This document shows, piece by piece, positions 9,531 through 21,163 of a DNA stretch of 41,313 nucleotides. The stretch's first letter is position 1. Each line of letters opens with the position of its first letter. Origin of the DNA: Candidatus Phycocordibacter aenigmaticus (GTDB lineage: Bacteria > Patescibacteriota > Minisyncoccia > Phycocordibacterales > UBA2163). The position numbers and the translations under genes were made by a program. The stretch covers positions 21,097 to 62,409 of the forward strand of contig DCWL01000010.1 in the NCBI GenBank assembly GCA_002327585.1, read 5' to 3'. A model generated the notes under the pieces. That model saw nothing but the letters and a program-made list of their open reading frames with translations. It searched no databases and was not told where the DNA came from.

Positions 9531-9851
9531 ATGGGAATATTTAAAAAATATAAAATATCAATACTGATTATTACAATAGCAATAGTTGCAGGCGCTGCAT
9601 ATACTATTTTATTTAGCGAGAAAGAGAGCGCACTTCTTGTAGCAGAGCGCCCGGAAGACAGTGTCTCTACACAGGAAAGTGACTTACTCACACTCCTGCT
9701 TGACTTGCGCTCGGTAAAGCTTGATGAAAGTGTTTTTTCCGACCCAGTATTTAAAAGTCTGGTGGATTTCGGACAGGAACTTGTGTCAGAGCCGGTCGGG
9801 AGAGAAAATCCGTTTGCTCCAATCAATTTGGACAGAAACGCAGGAGAATAA
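9531..9851 (+). CDS. small membrane protein of the pilus operon (PilP-like position; hypothetical)
   Basis: 106-aa ORF, N-terminal TM, C-terminal ENPFAP motif reminiscent of the R/D-PF motif of PilP-type proteins. The antisense ORF 9461-9865 was rejected. Confidence 0.55.
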   Translation: MGIFKKYKISILIITIAIVAGAAYTILFSEKESALLVAERPEDSVSTQESDLLTLLLDLRSVKLDESVFSDPVFKSLVDFGQELVSEPVGRENPFAPINLDRNAGE

Positions 9852-9869
9852 AAAATAATTTTCAATTCA

Positions 9870-11606
9870 ATGAATCTTTTATCTGTCTTAGCAGAAAAGA
9901 ATATTATTGATAAAGGCGATATTCCTTCAATAAAAGAAGACGCTCAAGAATCAGGCGAGAATATAGAAAAAGTGCTTGTCAGGCGTGGTATTGATCCGGA
10001 TATAATATTGAGAACAAAAGGAGAGTCTCTTAATGTTCCAATATGGAATCTTGGAAATAAGAAGATTCCTTTTGAAATGTTTAGGTATATTCCAGAGGAG
10101 TCGGCTCTTCATTATAAATTTGTCCCACTGGAGGTTAAAGACGGAGTTCTTCAAGTCGGCATCATTGATCCGGACAATATAGAGGCGCTGGATGCTTTAA
10201 ATTTTATCTCCTCAAAAGTGGATATGCCGTTTAAGGCATATCTCATATCCCAAAGCGATTTTGAAGAAATTCTCAAAATGTACAAGGGATTCTCTGGTGA
10301 AGTTACCAAAGCAATATCAGAGCTTGAAACTGAAATATCCCCTGATGAGAAAGTAAGCAGTACTGACAAAAAGAAAAAATTAACAGGTACACAAGCTATC
10401 AAGGAAGACGCACCTGTCACGAAGATTGTTGCAAATGCCATCCGTTTTGCCGTTGAAGGAGGAGCGTCGGATATTCATATTGAACCTATGGCTGAGTCAG
10501 TCAGGGTCAGATTTAGAGTGGACGGAGTATTGAGGACATCTCTGGTACTGCCCACCAAAATACACAGAGCTATTGCCGCGCGTATAAAGGTTCTTGCTTC
10601 ACTGAGACTGGACGAGAAAAGAAAACCGCAGGATGGCCGTTTTTCCACAAATATAAATGACCGTAAGATTGACTTTCGTGTTTCCACATTTCCGTCAAAT
10701 TACGGCGAGAAAGTGGTTGTGAGAGTATTGGACACTGGAAAAAATATATGGAAACTTGATGAAATGGGCCTTGAAGAGAGGAATCTAAAAATTATACAAA
10801 ATGCAATAAAACGGCCATACGGCCTTATACTCATATCAGGCCCAACAGGTTCAGGAAAATCAACAACACTTTACGCAATGCTCAATGAAATGGATCGTGA
10901 GACAAAAAATGTGTTGTCTCTTGAAGATCCTGTTGAGTATAACATTGGAGGAGTAAGCCAGTCTCAGGTCATGCCTGAGATAGGATATACATTTGCCAAC
11001 GGCCTTAGAACCACTTTGCGCCAAGACCCCGACATTATAATGGTTGGAGAAATCAGGGACAAGGAAACTGCGCAACTTGCCGTGCAAGCTGCACTCACAG
11101 GCCACCTTGTTCTCTCTACCATTCACACAAATGATTCGCTCGGCGTTATACCACGTCTTATAGAAATGGATGTTGACCCGTTTTTGATTGCGCCAACGCT
11201 TGTTATTGCTGTCGCACAGCGTCTTGTAAGAAAACTTTGTCCTGGCGCTGAGAAACCCGTTGCGGTTAAAGGAAGCCTCAAGCTGATGCTCGAGAAAGAG
11301 TTTAACGATATGCCGGAAAAATATAGAAAAATGGTACCAATAGACAAAGAACTTTTTAATGCAGAACCAACAAATGAATGTCCGACGGGCATGAGAGGAA
11401 GAACCGCAGTATTTGAGATACTTGATATGAACAAGGAGATTGAAGAAGCAATTTTAACTAATCCTTCAGAAGCCGCTATCAAAAAAATTGCCCGTGCGAA
11501 CGGAATGTTTACAATGAAAGAAGACGCGATAATCAAAGCATTCAACAAAATTATTCCCTTCAGTGAAGTCAATATGCTGGGGGGAGAAATGCTTACATTA
11601 GAATAA
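9870..11606 (+). CDS. pilB: type IV pilus assembly (extension) ATPase PilB / GspE family
   Basis: 578-aa ORF. N-terminal GSPII_E_N-like domain, Walker A GPTGSGKST, Asp box, Walker B IIMVGEIRD, His box LTGHLVLSTIHTN. Confidence 0.93.
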   Translation: MNLLSVLAEKNIIDKGDIPSIKEDAQESGENIEKVLVRRGIDPDIILRTKGESLNVPIWNLGNKKIPFEMFRYIPEESALHYKFVPLEVKDGVLQVGIIDPDNIEALDALNFISSKVDMPFKAYLISQSDFEEILKMYKGFSGEVTKAISELETEISPDEKVSSTDKKKKLTGTQAIKEDAPVTKIVANAIRFAVEGGASDIHIEPMAESVRVRFRVDGVLRTSLVLPTKIHRAIAARIKVLASLRLDEKRKPQDGRFSTNINDRKIDFRVSTFPSNYGEKVVVRVLDTGKNIWKLDEMGLEERNLKIIQNAIKRPYGLILISGPTGSGKSTTLYAMLNEMDRETKNVLSLEDPVEYNIGGVSQSQVMPEIGYTFANGLRTTLRQDPDIIMVGEIRDKETAQLAVQAALTGHLVLSTIHTNDSLGVIPRLIEMDVDPFLIAPTLVIAVAQRLVRKLCPGAEKPVAVKGSLKLMLEKEFNDMPEKYRKMVPIDKELFNAEPTNECPTGMRGRTAVFEILDMNKEIEEAILTNPSEAAIKKIARANGMFTMKEDAIIKAFNKIIPFSEVNMLGGEMLTLE

Positions 11607-11628
11607 TTTTTAGTATACAATTAAAATT

Positions 11629-12027
11629 ATGAAACAGACTACAGGAAACAAAAAGAAAATTTTTATAATAGATGATGATAATTTCCTGCTTGATATGTAT
11701 AGCGTCAAATTCAAAGAAAAAGGGTTTGATGTAAATACATGCCTCGATACAAAAGAAGCGCTTAATAGACTTCGTGAAGGTCTTGATCCTGACATAATCC
11801 TTTTTGATATAGTCATGCCCGACATGGATGGATTTGATTTTTTAAAAGTCGTAAATGAAGAAAATTTGGTAAAAGATTGTATAAAGATAGCTCTGACAAA
11901 TCAATGGCAAGAATCTAATATCAAGAAAGCCAGAGAGCTTGGCACGGATGACTATATCGTAAAAGCAAATACCATTCCGTCTGAAGTGCTGGAAAAAGTT
12001 GAAAAAAATATAAAAAAACATAATTAA
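11629..12027 (+). CDS. stand-alone response regulator receiver domain (CheY-like)
   Basis: 132-aa ORF. Acidic pocket IIDDD, phospho-acceptor context ILFDIVMPDMDG, conserved T (ALTN) and K (YIVKA). No output domain. Confidence 0.85.
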   Translation: MKQTTGNKKKIFIIDDDNFLLDMYSVKFKEKGFDVNTCLDTKEALNRLREGLDPDIILFDIVMPDMDGFDFLKVVNEENLVKDCIKIALTNQWQESNIKKARELGTDDYIVKANTIPSEVLEKVEKNIKKHN

Positions 12028-12035
12028 AATTAAAT

Positions 12036-13109
12036 ATGACAAGTGAAATAAACTATAAAAAAGAACTGGATAAACTCATTGATATTGTTGTCAAAGAAGG
12101 AGCATCTGATCTGCATCTCTCAGTAGGCAATCAGCCGACAATCAGGGTAAATGGCTTTCTTATAGCGCTTCTTAAAGAGCGCAAACTCTCAAGAGAAGAT
12201 ACTCTCGGGTTTATAACGGAGTTTTTAACCGAAGAGCAGAAAAAAATCTTTCTTTCAAACAAAGAGATTGATTTTTCATTCAATTTCAGTGAAGAAGTGA
12301 GATTCAGAGGAAATGGTTTTTTCCAGCAAAAGGGGGTAGGCATTGCTCTGCGCCTTATTCCCAAGCATATTAAATCTCTTGAAGAGCTGAATTTGCCGCC
12401 GATTCTTGAAACATTCGCACAGAAAAAGCAAGGATTTTTCTTAGTTGTCGGACCGGTTGGTCAGGGCAAAACGACGACTCTTGCTTCTATGATAGAACTT
12501 ATAAACAACAGCAGAGCAGAGCATATAATAACCATTGAAGATCCAATAGAGTATATGTTTGAACAGAAAAAATCGATGATTGACCAGCGCGAGGTAAAAA
12601 TTGACACAAATGACTTTAGCACTGCACTCAGATCTGTATTCAGGCAGGACGTTGACGTGCTTATGATAGGGGAGATGCGAGGAGTCGAAACTATCTCAAC
12701 TGCAGTGACAGCGGCTGAGACAGGACATCTTGTCCTATCAACACTCCATACCAATAATGCCGCCCAAACTATAGACAGGATTATTGATTCATTTCCAGAA
12801 ATAGGGCAGGACCAAATACGGCTTCAACTAGCTGCCTCTCTTGCAGGAATATTTTCACAACGTCTTGTCCCGAGAATTTCCGGCGGGCTGATTCCAGTTT
12901 ATGAGCTTCTCATCAATAACAGTGCTATCTCAAATCTTATTCGGGAGAAACGTACGCATGAAATAAATACCGTGATTGAAACAAGTACGGGGGAAGGAAT
13001 GGTTGATTTGAACAGATCTCTTGCGGATTTTGTGAGACGCGGAGAGATTACCATAGAAGAAGCAAAGGCCCATTCGCTTAATCCAAAAATGCTGGAACAA
13101 CTGGTATAA
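12036..13109 (+). CDS. pilT: type IV pilus retraction ATPase PilT
   Basis: 357-aa ORF. ASDLHL motif, Walker A GPVGQGKTTT, Walker B VLMIGEMRG, His box ETGHLVLSTLHTN, AIRNLIRE-like motif (AISNLIREKR). Confidence 0.92.
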   Translation: MTSEINYKKELDKLIDIVVKEGASDLHLSVGNQPTIRVNGFLIALLKERKLSREDTLGFITEFLTEEQKKIFLSNKEIDFSFNFSEEVRFRGNGFFQQKGVGIALRLIPKHIKSLEELNLPPILETFAQKKQGFFLVVGPVGQGKTTTLASMIELINNSRAEHIITIEDPIEYMFEQKKSMIDQREVKIDTNDFSTALRSVFRQDVDVLMIGEMRGVETISTAVTAAETGHLVLSTLHTNNAAQTIDRIIDSFPEIGQDQIRLQLAASLAGIFSQRLVPRISGGLIPVYELLINNSAISNLIREKRTHEINTVIETSTGEGMVDLNRSLADFVRRGEITIEEAKAHSLNPKMLEQLV

Positions 13110-13113
13110 AATC

Positions 13114-14319
13114 ATGCTATTTAATTACACAGCAATAGACAAGACAGGACATGAAACATCAGGGAGCATTGACGCTATAAATGAAGATGTCGCAATAAGC
13201 TCGCTTCAGAGGCGTGGTCTTGTGATTGCCTCAATTGTCTCCACAGAGGATAAAGCATTACTTAAAAGAAACATAGTATTTTTCGATAGAGTTACAAACA
13301 AAGAAATTGTCATCCTCTCCCGCCAGATAGCAACACTTTTTGAAGCACAGGTTTCCGCTCTGCGTGTATTTAAGCTTCTGGGAACGGAATCCGACAATAG
13401 GATGTTGAAAGTCGCGCTTACCGAAGTTGTTGATGATCTTCAATCAGGCAGTACAATATCCAAAGCGCTTGGAAAACATAAAAAAATATTTTCTCCATTT
13501 TACGTGAATATGGTGAAGGCAGGAGAAGAATCTGGAAAACTGGACCAGACTTTTTCATATCTGGCTGATTATTTGGACAGAACGTATGAAATAACATCCA
13601 AGGCAAAAAATGCTCTTATTTATCCCGCATTTGTCGTATTTACATTTATTACAGTCATGATTTTAATGCTTACATTGGTCATTCCCCGCATAAGCTCAAT
13701 TTTTCTGGAATCGGGGCAGGATCTTCCCATTTATACGAAAATAGTAATTGGTTTAAGTGACTTTTTTGTGAATTATGGAATATTTCTTTTCATCCTGATA
13801 ATCATAGGAGGATTCTTTGTATGGAAATTTAGTAAAACAAAAAACGGCAGGATTTCAGTTTCCCACATGAAGCTTTCATTGCCGTATTTGGGGGGACTGT
13901 ACAAGAAGCTCTATCTTTCTAGAATTTCAGATAATTTAAGCACAATGCTTTCAAGTGGAATACCGATGGTGCGTGCCGTTGAAATAACTGCAAATGTCGT
14001 TGGTGACGCAGTGTATGAAAAACTTCTAATAGAGTCGATGGGTGACATAAAAGCCGGCAGCCCTGTCTCGGAATCTCTGGCAAAATATCCAGAAATTCCG
14101 AATATTATGGTGCAGATGATAAAAGTCGGCGAGGAAACAGGAGAGCTTGGAAAAATTTTAAACACACTTTCCAAATTTTATAGTAGGGAGGTAAGGAATA
14201 CAGTTGATACACTCATAACACTTATTGAGCCGATACTTATAGTAACGCTTGCATTGGGAGTAGGAATTCTTCTAGCGTCGGTTCTTATGCCTATATACAA
14301 TATCTCAGCAGGCATATAG
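13114..14319 (+). CDS. pilC: type IV pilus platform protein PilC (T2SS F family)
   Basis: 401-aa ORF with a duplicated T2SSF-type architecture and three hydrophobic segments. Motifs MVKAGEESGKL and MIKVGEETGEL. Confidence 0.92.
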   Translation: MLFNYTAIDKTGHETSGSIDAINEDVAISSLQRRGLVIASIVSTEDKALLKRNIVFFDRVTNKEIVILSRQIATLFEAQVSALRVFKLLGTESDNRMLKVALTEVVDDLQSGSTISKALGKHKKIFSPFYVNMVKAGEESGKLDQTFSYLADYLDRTYEITSKAKNALIYPAFVVFTFITVMILMLTLVIPRISSIFLESGQDLPIYTKIVIGLSDFFVNYGIFLFILIIIGGFFVWKFSKTKNGRISVSHMKLSLPYLGGLYKKLYLSRISDNLSTMLSSGIPMVRAVEITANVVGDAVYEKLLIESMGDIKAGSPVSESLAKYPEIPNIMVQMIKVGEETGELGKILNTLSKFYSREVRNTVDTLITLIEPILIVTLALGVGILLASVLMPIYNISAGI

Positions 14320-14400
14320 CATTAAATCGTAGAAAATGGTTATCCACAGAAATATATTTTGGATAGGACGCTAAATGGCTATAATAATAAGCATAAGAAA

Positions 14401-14435
14401 GCTTTCTTTTTCATACTACTGGAGAGCGGTCGTTT
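14401..14435 (+). promoter_or_regulatory. conserved 5' leader element upstream of pilin gene 1 (stem-loop plus 19-nt box)
   Basis: Stem GCTTTCT (14401-14407) / GGAGAGC (14421-14427), including two G-U pairs. The 19-nt box TACTGGAGAGCGGTCGTTT (14417-14435) is identical to 15081-15099. Confidence 0.5.
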
Positions 14436-14459
14436 TAATTATAGATAATTACAAAATTA

Positions 14460-14930
14460 ATGAGGAGAAAAGGAAACAGAGGTTTTACGCTCATCGAGCT
14501 TTTGGTTGTTATTGCCATCATCGGCATTTTGTCATCTGTTGTCTTGGCGAGCTTAAACAGCGCGCGTCTGAAATCACGGGACGCTAAAAGAATTTCTGAT
14601 GTAAAGCAATTACAGTTGGCCCTTGAATTCTTCTTCGATGCAAACGGCGGATATCCATCAGCAATCAGCACAGCAAATCTTGTAACACCTGGTTACATTG
14701 CAGTCATTCCTACGGACCCCGTAGGGGGTGCTGGTTATAGTTATGCGGCACTTAATCCAGGATGCACAAGCTATCACATTGGAACAACACTTGAAGATGG
14801 CGATCACAGCGCTCTTAATAGCGATGTAGACGCGTCTGCAGGCACGGCAGGAACAGGATGTCCTGACGGAGCAAACTCGGCGGCTGACTTCAATGGGCAG
14901 GCAGCGAATTTATATGACCTTAAGCCGTAG
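14460..14930 (+). CDS. pilA: type IV major pilin (prepilin with N-terminal cleavage/methylation site)
   Basis: 156-aa ORF. MRRKGNRG|FTLIELLVVIAIIGILSSVVLASLNSAR is a class III signal peptide with Glu at +5. Confidence 0.9.
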   Translation: MRRKGNRGFTLIELLVVIAIIGILSSVVLASLNSARLKSRDAKRISDVKQLQLALEFFFDANGGYPSAISTANLVTPGYIAVIPTDPVGGAGYSYAALNPGCTSYHIGTTLEDGDHSALNSDVDASAGTAGTGCPDGANSAADFNGQAANLYDLKP

Positions 14931-15070
14931 ACGGCTAATAGTATGAATTTTTTAGACAAGGCACTCGCTTCGCTTTTTGGTGGAGTGGGAGTATGACGTG
15001 GTGCCATAAAAATCTGGATAAGTTGTATTTCAAAGTATGAATTTATGTTATATAATGTTATAGAAAAATA

Positions 15071-15099
15071 CTCTCTTTTTTACTGGAGAGCGGTCGTTT
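15071..15099 (+). promoter_or_regulatory. conserved 5' leader element upstream of pilin gene 2 (stem-loop plus 19-nt box)
   Basis: Stem CTCTCT (15071-15076) / GGAGAG (15085-15090). The box TACTGGAGAGCGGTCGTTT (15081-15099) is identical to 14417-14435. Confidence 0.5.
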
Positions 15100-15126
15100 G
15101 AATATTTATTAAATAATCATAAAATT

Positions 15127-15612
15127 ATGAGAACAACAGGAAACAAAGGATTCACGCTCATCGAGCTTTTGGTTGTTATTGCAATTATAGGCATTTTATC
15201 ATCTGTTGTCTTGGCGAGCTTAAACAGCGCGCGCGAGAAATCCAGAGATGCAAAAAGAATTTCTGAGTTGAAGCAGCTACAGACCGCACTTCAGCTTTAT
15301 TTTGAAGACAATCAGGGGTATCCGTCGACTTTGACTGCAGAAAATCTTGTAACAGAAAGATATATTCCAGTAATTCCAGTACCTCCTGCTGGAGCTGGCG
15401 ACACTGCATATAAATACGCGCCGATTGGCATAGAATGCACAGATTATCACATAGGTGTAACATTAGAGAATGCAAATCACGAAGTGCTCGATGGAGATAT
15501 GGATGCTACTGCGATCTCAGAGACCAATGAATGTCCTGATGAGACTTCAGCAAGTGCAAAGACTGATTTTACCAGTACATCTGAAGACGCAATTTACGAT
15601 CTTAAGCCATAA
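15127..15612 (+). CDS. type IV major pilin paralog
   Basis: 161-aa ORF, MRTTGNKG|FTLIELLVVIAIIGILSSVVLASLNSAR. The first ~100 coding nt are nearly identical to pilin 1; the C-terminal half is divergent. Confidence 0.9.
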   Translation: MRTTGNKGFTLIELLVVIAIIGILSSVVLASLNSAREKSRDAKRISELKQLQTALQLYFEDNQGYPSTLTAENLVTERYIPVIPVPPAGAGDTAYKYAPIGIECTDYHIGVTLENANHEVLDGDMDATAISETNECPDETSASAKTDFTSTSEDAIYDLKP

Positions 15613-15632
15613 TTTTGCAGTTTATATAGTGT

Positions 15633-15662
15633 AAAATATCCGCTCTTTGGCGGATATTTTGC
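15633..15662 (+). terminator. Rho-independent terminator after the pilin genes
   Basis: Stem AATATCCGC (15635-15643) / GCGGATATT (15650-15658), 6-nt loop, followed by TT. Confidence 0.7.
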
Positions 15663-15675
15663 TATAATATAGAGA

Positions 15676-16491
15676 ATGGAATTTATTGAAATAGCAGGCG
15701 CTTTTTTTTATTTTATTCTCGGAACTATCATAGGAAGTTTTCTTAATGTCGTGTTATTGCGCTATGATATGGAGAAATCAATACTGGGTAGGTCAATGTG
15801 TCTTTCATGCGGTAGAGAGCTCAGGTGGTTTGAGCTTATTCCAGTACTCTCTTTTATTTTCCAGCTTGGAAGATGTAGAAATTGCAGAAACAAATTGTTA
15901 TGGCAATATCCTCTTATTGAGTTTTTCACAGGTCTTATTTTTCTTGGAGTTTTTTTAAAATTTTCAAACCTTTTTCTAGTGTCAATGCCGCAATTTACTG
16001 TAATGAGTGTATATTCTATGGCAATATTTTCAATATTAATTGTAATTTTTGTCTATGACATAAAACATAAAATCATACCAGACGATCTTGTTTACACTTT
16101 TGCAACATTGTCTCTTGCCAGCATATTTTTTGATTCTTCCACATTTCAAATTTTCATGCCGACACTTCTTCCGTTTCTTGCTGGTCCAATCTTCTTCCTG
16201 TTCTTTTTCTTTATTTGGTTTTTCTCGCGTGGAAAATGGATGGGTCTTGGCGACGGGAAACTCGCGCTTGGCATAGGGTGGTTTCTCGGACCCTACGCCG
16301 GTGCAACCGCTATCATACTCTCTTTCTGGCTTGGTGCTCTGGTAAGCATCGCCCTTATGACCATACCTTTATTGAATTTGCGGAGAAAGAAGCTTACAAT
16401 GAAGAGTGAGATATCGTTTGGGCCATTTCTGATAATAGGGATTCTTTTGGTCTTCTTTTTTAATATAAATATTTTGAATTTTATTTTATGA
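15676..16491 (+). CDS. pilD: prepilin peptidase / N-methyltransferase (A24 family) PilD
   Basis: 271-aa polytopic ORF. N-terminal CLSCG...CRNC zinc-binding pairs; catalytic Asp contexts VYDIKHKIIPD and GLGDGKL. Confidence 0.9.
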   Translation: MEFIEIAGAFFYFILGTIIGSFLNVVLLRYDMEKSILGRSMCLSCGRELRWFELIPVLSFIFQLGRCRNCRNKLLWQYPLIEFFTGLIFLGVFLKFSNLFLVSMPQFTVMSVYSMAIFSILIVIFVYDIKHKIIPDDLVYTFATLSLASIFFDSSTFQIFMPTLLPFLAGPIFFLFFFFIWFFSRGKWMGLGDGKLALGIGWFLGPYAGATAIILSFWLGALVSIALMTIPLLNLRRKKLTMKSEISFGPFLIIGILLVFFFNINILNFIL

Positions 16492-17078
16492 GGCTGAAAG
16501 CATCAAATAGGAATTGTCAAAAGGGATTTTCTTTAGTGGAGCTAATTGCCGCAGTAGCCGTTTTTCTTATAATTACCACTATTGTTCTTGTAAAGCATTC
16601 TGAATTCTCAGGCACTCTTCTTGTTGAAAATCTCGCTTATGATATTGCTCTTTCCGTGCGCAAAGCACAAGTGTTCGGACTCTCCGTCAGGGAATTTGAG
16701 GCAGGAAGTAGTGAATTTAATGTCGGATACGGCATTCATTTTGAATCATCAGACAACAAGTCATATATATTTTTTGCAGACAGAAATAGGAACGAGAAAT
16801 ATGACGATTCATCGGAAATTATTGAGACACTAATTTTAAGAAAAGGGAACATAATATCAGAGTTCTGCGGGACTCTTGCAAACGGTACTGAAAAATGCTC
16901 GCCGTCCGATCTGTCCTATCTTGATATAGTATTTGAAAGGCCTAATCCCGATGCAATCATAAAAGGGAGTATTGCAGGTGATATATACGCTTCTGCCAAA
17001 GTTACCGTGAGGTCTCCTCAAGGGACAGAGTGGAACATAAATACAATTATAACTGGCCAAATATCGGTGCAAAGATAG
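16488..17078 (+). CDS. minor pilin / pseudopilin (GspH/FimT-like)
   Basis: 196-aa ORF. Leader MRLKASNRNCQKG|FSLVELIAAVAVFLII with Glu+5. 4-nt overlap with pilD. Confidence 0.8.
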   Translation: MRLKASNRNCQKGFSLVELIAAVAVFLIITTIVLVKHSEFSGTLLVENLAYDIALSVRKAQVFGLSVREFEAGSSEFNVGYGIHFESSDNKSYIFFADRNRNEKYDDSSEIIETLILRKGNIISEFCGTLANGTEKCSPSDLSYLDIVFERPNPDAIIKGSIAGDIYASAKVTVRSPQGTEWNINTIITGQISVQR

Positions 17079-17097
17079 CTTACAGCGTTTAGCTTCA

Positions 17098-17196
17098 TTA
17101 GCTAATTAGTTTAAAAAAATAAAAATGAAATTACAGAAAACAAAAAAATACTTATCGTCAAAAGTTAACGAAGCTAATAAGCTAACAAAACTAAAA
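17098..17196 (+). repeat. copy A of a ~99-nt duplicated upstream-plus-leader-peptide module
   Basis: TTAGCTAATTAG...ATGAAATTACAGAAAACAAAAAAATAC...AACAAAACTAAAA; about 90 percent identical by eye to 18290-18387. Confidence 0.8.
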
Positions 17197-17763
17197 ACTC
17201 GACAAGGATTTAGCCTTGTAGAGATGCTTGTTGCTGTAGCTCTTTTTTCCGCCGTTATGCTCATTGGTGTTGGTGCACTACTTTCACTTATTGACGCTAA
17301 TAGAAAAGCGCAGTCGCTTAATTCCATTATGAATAACCTGAATTTTGCTCTTGAGAGCATGTCAAGAAATATGCGTGTCGGCACAACATATCATTGTGGG
17401 ATAACAAACAATGTTCCTCCAAACATTAAAGATCCGAAAAACTGTTCAGGCGGTGGTAAACTGCTTGGATTTGAATCATCCGGTGGAGACCCCGAGAATC
17501 CGAATGATCAAGTAGTATACAGGATAAACGGCACACAGCTTGAAAAGTCCATTCATGGAGGATCTCCCGGAACATTTATCGGAATTACCGCTTCAGAGGT
17601 TATAATAAATGATTTCTTCTTTTATGTTGATGGGGCCTCTAATACTGACAACTTGCAGCCGAAGATTGTTATGACAATCAGAGGATCTGCGGGCACTAGC
17701 GAGAAAACAAGAACAGAATTTAATCTGCAGACAATGGTATCACAGAGAGTGTTAGATTTATAA
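17125..17763 (+). CDS. minor pilin (PilW/PulJ-like) with unusually long 28-aa leader
   Basis: 212-aa ORF, MKLQKTKKYLSSKVNEANKLTKLKTRQG|FSLVEMLVAVALF. No alternative in-frame ATG/GTG/TTG lies closer to the cleavage site. Confidence 0.8.
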   Translation: MKLQKTKKYLSSKVNEANKLTKLKTRQGFSLVEMLVAVALFSAVMLIGVGALLSLIDANRKAQSLNSIMNNLNFALESMSRNMRVGTTYHCGITNNVPPNIKDPKNCSGGGKLLGFESSGGDPENPNDQVVYRINGTQLEKSIHGGSPGTFIGITASEVIINDFFFYVDGASNTDNLQPKIVMTIRGSAGTSEKTRTEFNLQTMVSQRVLDL

Positions 17764-17767
17764 AATT

Positions 17768-18268
17768 ATGAGCAAGAAATTAAAAAACGGAGGGTTTACG
17801 CTTGTTGAGGCGCTTGTTGCCATCACTATTTTGACCGTTTCTATTGTAGGTCCTATCACAATTGCGTCAAAAGGCATGGCAGCATCTGTTTTTGCCAGGG
17901 ACCAGATTACTGCCTTTTATTTGGCTCAGGAAGCGGTTGAGTATATAAGGAATAAAAGAGACGAGAACAATATACAAGGCAACAATTGGCTTTTCGGATT
18001 GTCAGAGTGCATCGGCGGGAATGTATGCATGATTGATATCCAGAACAATAATATAGAATTATGTCAGGGTGGAGCATGTCCTGTGCTTAAATACAATGAT
18101 ACTACCGGTTTTTACAACTATGAGACAGGCAATAATTCAAATTTCATAAGAGAAATAAAAATAGACACAGTCGATGATAAAGAAGTGTCAATAACGACAA
18201 CACTTTCATGGAAGACAGGAGTGATTAGTAAAACATTCACCGTTAAGGAGCATATACTTGATTGGTAA
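17768..18268 (+). CDS. minor pilin (PilV/GspI-like)
   Basis: 166-aa ORF, MSKKLKNGG|FTLVEALVAITILTV. Confidence 0.8.
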   Translation: MSKKLKNGGFTLVEALVAITILTVSIVGPITIASKGMAASVFARDQITAFYLAQEAVEYIRNKRDENNIQGNNWLFGLSECIGGNVCMIDIQNNNIELCQGGACPVLKYNDTTGFYNYETGNNSNFIREIKIDTVDDKEVSITTTLSWKTGVISKTFTVKEHILDW

Positions 18269-18315
18269 ATTTACAAGCTCGCAGCTTTGTTAGCTAATTA
18301 GCTTAAAAAATAAAA

Positions 18316-20855
<2,540 letters not shown>

Positions 20856-20872
20856 TATGTTAAAATATTTAT

Positions 20873-21163
20873 ATGGAGATAGATGACAAAGAAATAGAAA
20901 AGCTGGCGGATTTAGCAAGGATTAAAATTACCAACGAAGAGAAAAAAGAACTTAAAAAGGATATTGAGTCTATACTTTCATATGTATCTGAAATTCAGAA
21001 AATTTCTTCTGATATGCCGGATAATCGTTTTAATAATTCAGAACTTGTAAATGTCATGCGTGAGGACGGGCAGCCGCATAAATCTGGTTTTTATTCAGAA
21101 AAAATTCTCGGTGAAGCGCCACAGAGAGAGAAAGACTATATGAAAGTAAAAAAGATTTTATGA
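20873..21163 (+). CDS. gatC: Asp/Glu-tRNA amidotransferase subunit C
   Basis: 96-aa ORF, IEKLADLARIKITNEEKKELKKDIESILSYV pattern. 4-nt overlap with gatA. Confidence 0.85.
   Translation: MEIDDKEIEKLADLARIKITNEEKKELKKDIESILSYVSEIQKISSDMPDNRFNNSELVNVMREDGQPHKSGFYSEKILGEAPQREKDYMKVKKIL

Noticed and set aside
14417-14435. Possible sigma54 (-24 GG / -12 GC) promoter in the conserved pilin upstream box TACTGGAGAGCGGTCGTTT.
   Set aside because: The GG-N10-GC spacing of the TGGCAC-N5-TTGC consensus is not satisfied: 10 nt after either GG comes TT or TA. No sigma54 activator is present in the locus.
14375-14587. 70-aa ORF overlapping the pilin 1 leader region in another frame.
   Set aside because: It overlaps the unmistakable prepilin reading frame (GFTLIELLVV), and its Cys/His-rich translation looks like an out-of-frame artefact.
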